Positions 55,234 through 64,000 of a stretch of DNA of 64,000 nt are shown in pieces. Position 1 is the stretch's first letter, and the number at the start of each line of letters is the position of its first letter. Origin of the DNA: Octopus vulgaris (taxonomy: Eukaryota); assembly GCA_951406725.2 (NCBI GenBank), contig OX597815.1, positions 100,130,001 to 100,194,000 on the forward strand. The letters are read 5' to 3'. Position numbers and translations under genes: made by a program. Under the pieces are notes generated by a model. The model worked only from the letters and a program-made list of their open reading frames with translations. It did no database searches and was not told the origin of the DNA.

Positions 55234-58200
55234 GTAGTTGTTGTTGTTATTGTTGTTTTTGTTGTTGTTGTTATAAATGTATATATCTATATATGTGTGT
55301 ATGTGTACGTGTGTTTGTGTGTGTGTGTAAAAGAAGTACTAGAGTCGATTTGTTCAACTAAAATTGTTCAAGACGGTGCTCCAGCATGGCCACAGTGTAA
55401 TGACTGAAACAAGTAAAAGATAAAAGATATAACCGTGGCCGATTTGACACTAAACAACAACGAACTCTCGAACGATCTAAAGAGGAAGCCTTTACGTCTT
55501 TGCTCAACCTACTTAGAAATACCAAATCTTCTCAAATGATCTTCATTATAAAGACAGGACATATTAGATAATTGTTCCTACATACTCTCTCCTAAGATGA
55601 AATGGTCATAACTGGAAAACCATTGATGATAGGTCTGCTCGATTAGAGCTGACCTGGAACAAAAGCAACAACAACGACGCAAAGAAAATTGTCACAAAAT
55701 AAAATAAAGAAGATGTGGGGAGAAAAGACCAACCAAAAAAATCGGTCATCAATGTTAATAAAATATAACTGATTATATTAGAAATGATGCCTTTGAATAG
55801 TGATCCAATGGTTTTATCTGCTTCTAGTATAACGGCTATGCTTTAGATCCATACAACAGGGTTGATAGATATGACTTTTCACTTATATTGTTAGGCCGTT
55901 TTGCATATTTATGACTGCGCTGTTTGTCCAATATTTCTTCTCTTCTAAAATTGTGGGGGTAGAGTGGGATCTGAAAGAACTTGCCTGCTATTTCTAGCAG
56001 GTTGAAAATTGCATAAATGTTCGAGTGTATTCTATGTACATAAGTGCAGAGGTGGGGTTGTTGAAACCACTAAAGCTACAAACACGTAGCAAATATCGCC
56101 ATAATATATATCTTAAGATCTAACACATTATGCATTTGAAGTATATTTACCTGAATTCTGACCCTCTCTTCTCACTTCCTCTTTTTCTCCCTCATTCACC
56201 TCACCACCAACACCCTTTCTTCCAAATGGATGTTTCGTTGTAACATTTGAGCTTATCTCAAATATTTTGCTTTTTCTTGTTTTGATTCTTGTTTCTATAG
56301 TTTACCTTGATAAATTTTTGCAAAGGAAAGTGACAGAGTAATGGAATGGCTCGAGTATTGGATTATCACCTCATAGGTTTTGAGGTCTATATCTACCGCT
56401 GAAGGCCGTTCCTTACTATCAATATCTCTATCTCTGTGCAAGCCATTTACTTAATTATACGTCCTTCATTCAGTTCAGGAAGTTATTCATTCAGGCAGCA
56501 AATCTTCTGAGAATATTAACTGCGATAGACCCGATATTCTATCTAATGAGACTTATCTTTTATCCACAAAAGGCTACTGAATCCATAACTAAGCACTTCG
56601 CTTTATCAATACCCCTCTGGCTGCTCAAGATATTTATCCTAATCATTTTTTTTCTTTTTGTTAAATCTTTACCTCAACTAATCTTCCATTTTCTTTGTTT
56701 TATTTTTTTATTTTTTAACGTTTGCTAATCATGGAGTCTTGTTGGATTTTTTTTTTCATATTTCATTTTTACATATTATAATCTGCAAGTGTTTCTCTTC
56801 AGAACTTCTAATTTCAGATATGTTCTCTTGACATCTCTGTTAATCCACTCTATTTCCTTCCCTTACAACCATTAACTCGGATTAACTTTACTTGATCTTG
56901 TCATATTGATCATATAAATTCCCAGAGATCATTAATGGATTAGCGTAATATATTTTTGATAGAAGTTTCAAGTGTTGAAATCGGAATTAATCGACAGACA
57001 TAAATACTTTTTATACAGAAACTGTCACAAAAAAACAATAGTCACGAAAACAGTTTTTCATTTCTTGCGTCATTTATATCTTTTAAGTTATAGAAATTAT
57101 AGCTGTACAAATAAACATATAATAAGAGATGGAGAGTCGAAGGTAAACTACAAGTAAACACCGAGGTGGAGATCGAATTTCATTTTTCACATGGAATCTG
57201 TTTCACTTCACTTAACATTAGCAATTCCTTTGATATTGATGCTAGTCCGCTTTCATCCTCCATAAAGGCGAGATCTTATCACTCACTGACTAATAAACCA
57301 ATACAATGTGCCCTGTAATGCAGGAGTAAGCTCGCGGTAAACTCTATGTATGACCTTATTTGCTGTCCAACTTGTCCATCGATAATGATGGTAATTCGTG
57401 TGGTTAAGCACACATCTCCCGGCTTAACAACACTACCTGGTCTTTAGGTGCTCTCACGGACTCCAACCTGTTCCAAACATTCGTGACAGGTTTCTGATCT
57501 GAAGATAACTTTCTTCCTTCCACCTATCTCTAAGGTCATGGGTGTTGCTCTTCTTCCTTTAAGTCATTAAAAACAAAATACGTAGTTCCTGCCGCCTAAA
57601 TTTCTATTTCTCATTCTTTTCAAAGGTATAATTTTCAAGTCTGCCTGGAGAAGACAAATAGGAAGCCTTCCCAGCGTGATCTGTGAAAAATCATACTCAG
57701 AAACGGAGTTGTTTCCTTAAAGCAAATGTTTATATATTCACAGTTATTTTTAAATATTTAATAAACGTGCGATCATAAATAAACATATACGATGGCACAA
57801 CGATGGCAGAATAATTGCTTGAGCGTTGGACAGAATATCATGCAGTAACTAGTTTACGGCCTTTCACAATTTGCTTTGAAACTCCGAGATCTACTTTACT
57901 TTCATTCTTCTAAGGTTGGTAAAATAGTACTAGTTGTCTGCGGAGTGATATACGTCAAAGTCACCTGCATGGTGTGGTCCAGTTGGCAGTTCAGAAATGA
58001 GCAGTTACCAAACGAAAGAAGCCTACGAGAGCCGCATCCAGAAGGTTGTGCAAAGTAAACGTTTTGTTGGCAATATGTCCGAAGAAAAAAGATGAAAATA
58101 ACATACATGTAAGCCAACTGTGACTGTTTTCTAAAGATGTTTCAGCCATATACTTATCTCAAATTACAGGAAAAAACAGAACCCTAAAAAGCACCTCTAC

Positions 58201-58539
58201 TAGACTTCTGATTTTACAAACTAACAAAACACTGTACATTCTATCCCACACTCTCAAGATTTTCATGCTTCTTAACGCTTTGGTAGTTTAGTTAGATGAA
58301 GTTGTTGCGGGATGTTTTGTTGTCGATTGAGTAGATTTGGCCAATGAAAATATATTTCGTTGCTTCCATGAATAATAACTGAAGCTTACTCAAGAACATT
58401 TCACTCCAATATTTATGCCAGACATAAAAATATTTGGTGTTGGTGAATTACAATGAACAATATTCATAATTGCCAAATGAGAGGAGAGGAAGCTGCTCTG
58501 AAAATATAGAAAGCTATTTGTGTGACATCATGTTGTCAG

Positions 58540-58900
58540 TCCAAAAATATACGAAGTCATCTGCGCAAGTCTCCGAGGTGATTTATAGCATCAGCAGTCT
58601 GTTGGCTATCTGCATGACAAGAGTGGGGGTGCATGAGCCAGGCAGCTGCCTACAACACTCTGAAATGGGTAAAGCGCCAAAAACGGTTTTTATAGGGGAT
58701 AAGAAGCTAAATTTTAGAGCATACGAGAAAAACCTATCACGACACAGTTTTGCGCTGATTGATCGATTTATAGACCAATCACGTGAAACTGTGATGGCTC
58801 ACTTGTGGTGTCTGACCGAGTATATAGCGGTTAGGTTTCGAATTCCCACTACAAAGTAAAGCAGTTTTCCATTGCTTTTTGCAGAACTCCCGAAGCAGTT
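58540..58900 (-). pseudogene. Very decayed LINE RT core fragment
   Basis: Frameshifted remnants on minus: INQRKTV..VFL, APTL..., CADD. Confidence 0.3.
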
Positions 58901-59767
58901 GAGAAAAGGGAAGGAAGAACTGGAGACCTGGTTCAAATACTAGCAGCGCAGTGAGCTACTATTTGGTGGTGCTAAATCGAACGAAGAATGAATTTTACTG
59001 CTTATATATATATAGTATGAAGGAAAATGTATGTCCAGTGCTTAACTGGTACTTTATATATCGACTTCGAAAGAATTAAAGGCAATTTTGATGTCGTCGG
59101 GATTTAAAATCAAAGTGCACAGATTCGAGAGTAATACTGCAACAATTAAGCCAAGTGCGATTTGAGAGATAAATGGCTGCTATTTCAAACTGGCCAAGTA
59201 ATCTGCAAGTCTCCCTCATTGGTTCGACTAAATACCAATAATATACTGAAGTTGGTGTAATAGTCTACGTCTCTCTTTTCTTTTTTCTCTTTTGCTCTCT
59301 CTGTCTGTCTCTCTCTATCTATCTATCTATTCCCTCTCTCTTGTGTACGCGTGTACGTATCCCTTTCTCCCTGTTTCCCTCTTCCCATCTCTCATTCACT
59401 CCCTCTCTAAAAATTGGTCTTTTGTAATAGCGAAGAAGCCATTGAATGAGATGAAAAACTAACTGATTGCTCAGAATATTCAATAGATTGTCCCTGGTTT
59501 CGTGCTCAGACATCGGTAGTTTAGAATAAAAGATTAATATTCACTTTGAGACAGTTGTTGATTGAGGGGAAACGAAAGCTTTTCATAATCGTTATTGCCA
59601 GCAGCCAGCAGCTAAATCTATGCTTTCTTTAGAAGCATCAAAGATTATTGGAAACATCGGTTTGACTCACTCTTAGACGAAATTAATCAGCACAAAGGAT
59701 AAATAATGACGCGTTTCAAGTGAATTAATTAAGCCATATAAATCATATCTTTTTTGTCTTCTTTCTC

Positions 59768-59828
<61 letters not shown>

Positions 59829-61063
59829 GGCCAAGTATCTTCTTAATCAGAATCATTTTCCGAAGTAAGGGTCAGTTATCTCTTTTGTTCCTCAATGAGT
59901 TGCTGCTGAATAATATTTTTTTTTATTAATCCTTACATAATCATCCTTCCCACGAACATTATCGACTGCATCGCTGGATTAATTCTCCCGAAAGAGAGTT
60001 TTTTTGTTTCGTTATTTTTTCTTTCCATTTTTGTTTCTATTTGCTATGCTTTGCTTTAGCCGCTGACAAGTGTTAAGCTTAATGCTAAGTCGTAAGTCGT
60101 TACAAGCCAATCTTAAGAGTTGACACGTAGTAATAAGTAAGCCAACAGCAACAAGTGAGCGGCTAATTATCATGTTTCTAAATGCTGCTGTAACATCTTG
60201 TAAATCCTTATCACAGTAGTTAAGAGTTACATTGGAGTGGATGTTGTTAATGTTTAATCAGTTGGGTGTGTAGCGACGAGGCTGTAAGTGACTGACCTGA
60301 AGCTATGTAATTAAATACCATCTGAACCTATGCTGTTAGAAAGGTTATTTTAGTGACACCCACCTCCACCCCGAGTAAATGAACTATACTGAGATAGAAA
60401 GAGAGAAAGAGAGACAGAGACAGACAGATAGCCGTTAAAATTGTTACGTTAATGACCCCGAGTAAATGAACTAAAATACGTTAAACAATGAATGTTTGAT
60501 GTAAGAACAACAGTTTGTAATGGAGATTTATTTAAACTAAACGAAAGTAAGTGGATAAAGGTCCGTGGTATTGTACTTGATTTGATAGATTAAGATGTTA
60601 GGTTCGAGTTCAGCCTGAGATGCCCCTAACAACTAAACCAGAAATTTCGAGAGAATAGTCTATAGTCAATTAAAATATCTCTAGTTCAGAAGGACTGTAT
60701 ATTTTATCGATTCCCAAACATGGTATGTAAAGCTATTTCTTGTCCAATTAAACCCTAAAATATAAAGGGAGGTAATTCAACATGGCATTCAGACCTGTAT
60801 CTCTAGCACATACATCACCCTTCTAAAACTTTGATGGGATAGTGATACATGTCATTATTTCCCCTACTCAACATAGGAACATAAGTCTAGTGCTTAGTGT
60901 TAGGTAAATGAGGGATAAATCTGCTTTAGACGCTATTCTGTTTCTGGTAACATTCCCAAATACAGTAAATATTCCTGACAGTTGAGTCAACTGAGCCATG
61001 TACAAGTTATAAGCCTTAAACAAAAGAGCTTCTACGTGATCTACAAGTGACAGCAGTCAAGTC

Positions 61064-61852
61064 GGATCTTTTCACTTTAACCGGCAGATTTTTAAAATAA
61101 TTTCTTTGTAACTAAACACTTTTAAACTTTGTATATTGGTAGAATGTGTCACATAAAACATCTTTTTCGCTTGGCGTTCTTGAGAAAATTATGTAGTTTG
61201 TAAGCGATTTCTTGTTTAATTTCTTGTATTTCGCAATTTCAACCAATCAATGACGTCTATTAAGGTGAATACAATTACTGCTGTTGCTTGCCAACAAATT
61301 CAACAACTTCTGGGAGTACGTGTATTTATTTACATTTGAAGAAGATCGTCACTTTCCGTAAAATTCTTATTTTTTATATATGTGGGGTTAGGGTTAGGAT
61401 TAGGGTTAGGGTTAGGGTTAGGGTTAGGGATGGGGGGAAGGGTATCTTTTTCTTCAGAAATGTAAATAAGCTGCAAATATAAACAGTCTGTGGACATAAA
61501 CTGAGGGGTCACTCGTAAACAGTGGTAGATAACAAAACCGTTCCCTCATTTAGTGTCCACCCATAATTATGACCCTAGTATCGATCTCGAAATAGACACC
61601 GTCGGAAGTTGTTGAATTTATTAACAAGCAACAGCAGTAATTGTTTTCACGTCAATAGACGTCAATGATTGGTTGAAATTACCGAAATACAAAAAATTAA
61701 ACAAGAAATAGCTTACAAACTACATAATTTTCTCAAGAACGCCAAGAGAAAAAGATGTTTTATGTGGCACATTCTTCCAGTATACGAAGTTTAAAAGTGT
61801 TTAGTTACAAAGAAATTATTTTAAAAATCTGCCGGTCAAAGTGAAAAGATCC
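61064..61852. mobile_element. Foldback MITE with ~250-bp TIRs, 8-bp TSD and internal (TTAGGG)n
   Basis: gtcaagtc|GGATCTTTTCACTTT...AAAGTGAAAAGATCC|gtctagtc; telomeric-type repeats at ~61385-61429. Confidence 0.85.
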
Positions 61853-64000
61853 GTCTAGTCTACTTCAAATCATACTTTACTGTTCAGAGTCTACTATGTA
61901 TACAAAAAAAGAAGGCATGATTATTGCTAGAATACCCTTGATTGTGAGTTGTCTGATCAAGGGGAATGCATCTGCTAAGAAATTGAACTGAAAATCAACA
62001 CCCAGTCAATAAGTGCATTAAAAACACTTCACCACTTCAGCTTTCACCACTTCAGCTTTCTCTACATATAACCTGAGAACTGCTTTCTACTTCTGATAAG
62101 AACAATAGTTATCACTGAAGCATTTCAGTATTGTGTTATTCAGAGTTTGTAGTATTCCATTTTTCTTTCCTTCGTTGTTTTAACTCTTCTTCACTGGTAA
62201 TACAATTCAATGATAGCTTCACGAGCTAATAAAATAATTCCTATGTGGTCACTCGAGTTGCAAGAGATATTAGCTAAATGTCCCTCAAATCATACTATTT
62301 TAAAAGAGAAATGAAACATTGGATAATGTCCAAGATTCACTAAATCTTAAAAGAAGACTAGATGGCTATGACTGGAGTGTTCTTTTATCGTAGCTTTATT
62401 AAGTGACTGACCTAGGGTTAATCAACAACAGAAGAATGTAGTATTAAAAGAGAGGGCTTCGAATCAAATTTATTGCTTTGTTTTGTTCGTTTTATCCTTT
62501 TTTATTATGATGGTAGATGAAAAGGAGGCATCATCCGTCATCTCATTATAGGGCGTTTGAGACTGGTAGAAGAGAATGGGAAAAGGAACCTAGAAACCAA
62601 AGATTATCCTTAAACAAGAAACTAGGTTCGAATATTGCAACAGAATAGAATTTAATGGAAAACACCTATTTGCCAGGCGGTTATGCTAAACCGAATGACA
62701 TTATGTCAGCTTCCCAAGAACACATTACAATCCATTCAACAGTCGTCTACAAAATTTCTGTTAATTCATTTTCGTTCACAAAGCTTTGGGCTTCGCGAAG
62801 TTGTTGCCCAGAACTATCTTATTGCGAAGTGATTTTCTAAACTACACCTTCAAGCTTGTATCTGATATCAATGGCATCACTTCGAACTTTCTTTTCACAA
62901 TTTCTCGTGTCCTTACTCTAGTTACGTGACTAAGTTTGAAACAACATATAGTCCCCCCAAAAAATAAATAAGATCCATAACGACTTTACAACAATGAAAA
63001 TATGTATCGTTCGTAAAAATTTTCTAGGCTAACATATTTATCTTTGCTCGTATTTAGAATATATAAATAAGTATTTTAGTGGCAACCTTCTCATCGATAG
63101 TTAAAAACAATCTGATAAATTAGATTTTGTTCGCTTAACTCAATTGTATTCTCTGAATCACAAAGAAAAGATGTTATTCACAAATTAGATTAAAACAAAT
63201 TCAAAGTTATAGCTCTCAATTTAATGTTATATGCGCAGCGTATAACACTAAAACATATATATACATACATATGCGTAAATATATGTATATGTATATAATA
63301 ATGTAATAGAAAAACAGAGGAAGACATGGTGAGTTGGAGAGCGTGTGTGAATTTATTTTATTGCTAGCAACCTAATGTCTTTTCATAGAAAAAATACCTG
63401 CTGCTAACTCCATTACATTACTCTGAAATGCCCAACGTTAACTTGGCTGGTCATGGCATTAAACACTGCTCTGCTTCTAAACACTATATTTTCAAACAAT
63501 AAAACAAGTTCCTCAGCAATTTTATTACATCTCTGCGAACGAAAAAAAAACACGGCATTTTATTTTGTCAATGATTTTTGTTGTGAACTTGTACACGAGT
63601 GTTGTATATGAGACTTTTATGTAACATTATATTGCACACATACTCACATTTAGATGTATATACATGCATACATATACACGCAAGCACAGACACACGCACA
63701 TAAGCGTACATATATATATATATATATAAATGTTATTTTATTCACACATATATATTTATATATATAAATATATAGATGTATGTATGTATGTACGTACGTA
63801 TACATATATATAGAGAGGGAGAGAGTGAGATGGAAGGGAAAAGTAAAAAGAGAATCAAGGGAGACAAATGGTGATAGGAGTCGACAAAAACCGTATTCAT
63901 TGGTAATGCTTAATGTATCTAAAATTCGTGTCATTAGGTTAGGAGTTTCCGGTGTTTCGGACAAAGTCCTTCGAGCAGAAACCACCCGAATACGTTAGCT

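Noticed and set aside
63940-63986. Minus-strand GA-A-GGAC uuu GUCC-GAAA motif
   Set aside because: Core and NUH site are non-canonical; window edge limits context

Overview
AT-rich, microsatellite-saturated eukaryotic intronic/intergenic DNA. The SINE families and repeat style suggest an octopus genome (inference). I found no host protein-coding exon; nearly all ORF-track entries are simple-repeat artefacts. The window holds several tRNA-derived SINE families, decayed R4/Dong-like RLE retrotransposons sitting in (CATA)n and (TAA)n, CR1 and RTE scraps, a Penelope-like RT relic, a near full-length dead maT/DD37D-type Tc1/mariner element and foldback MITEs. The main discovery is a set of small non-coding elements, mostly embedded in (TA)n, that carry hammerhead ribozyme (HHR) motifs. 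(i) Three minus-strand copies (17.4, 26.5, 55.0 kb) of a NON-circularly permuted, pseudoknotted hammerhead with strand order UH-strand > GAAA-strand > CUGANGA-strand and covarying stems. (ii) A minimal type I HHR with a compensatory G3:C8 core (39.4 kb). (iii) Near-canonical type I HHRs (34.9, 50.2, 54.6 kb), one mirrored on both strands in a perfect 115-bp inverted repeat. (iv) Foldbacks whose apex falls on the CUGANGA core (26.1, 26.4, 47.4 kb). All structures were paired by eye; catalytic activity is untested.
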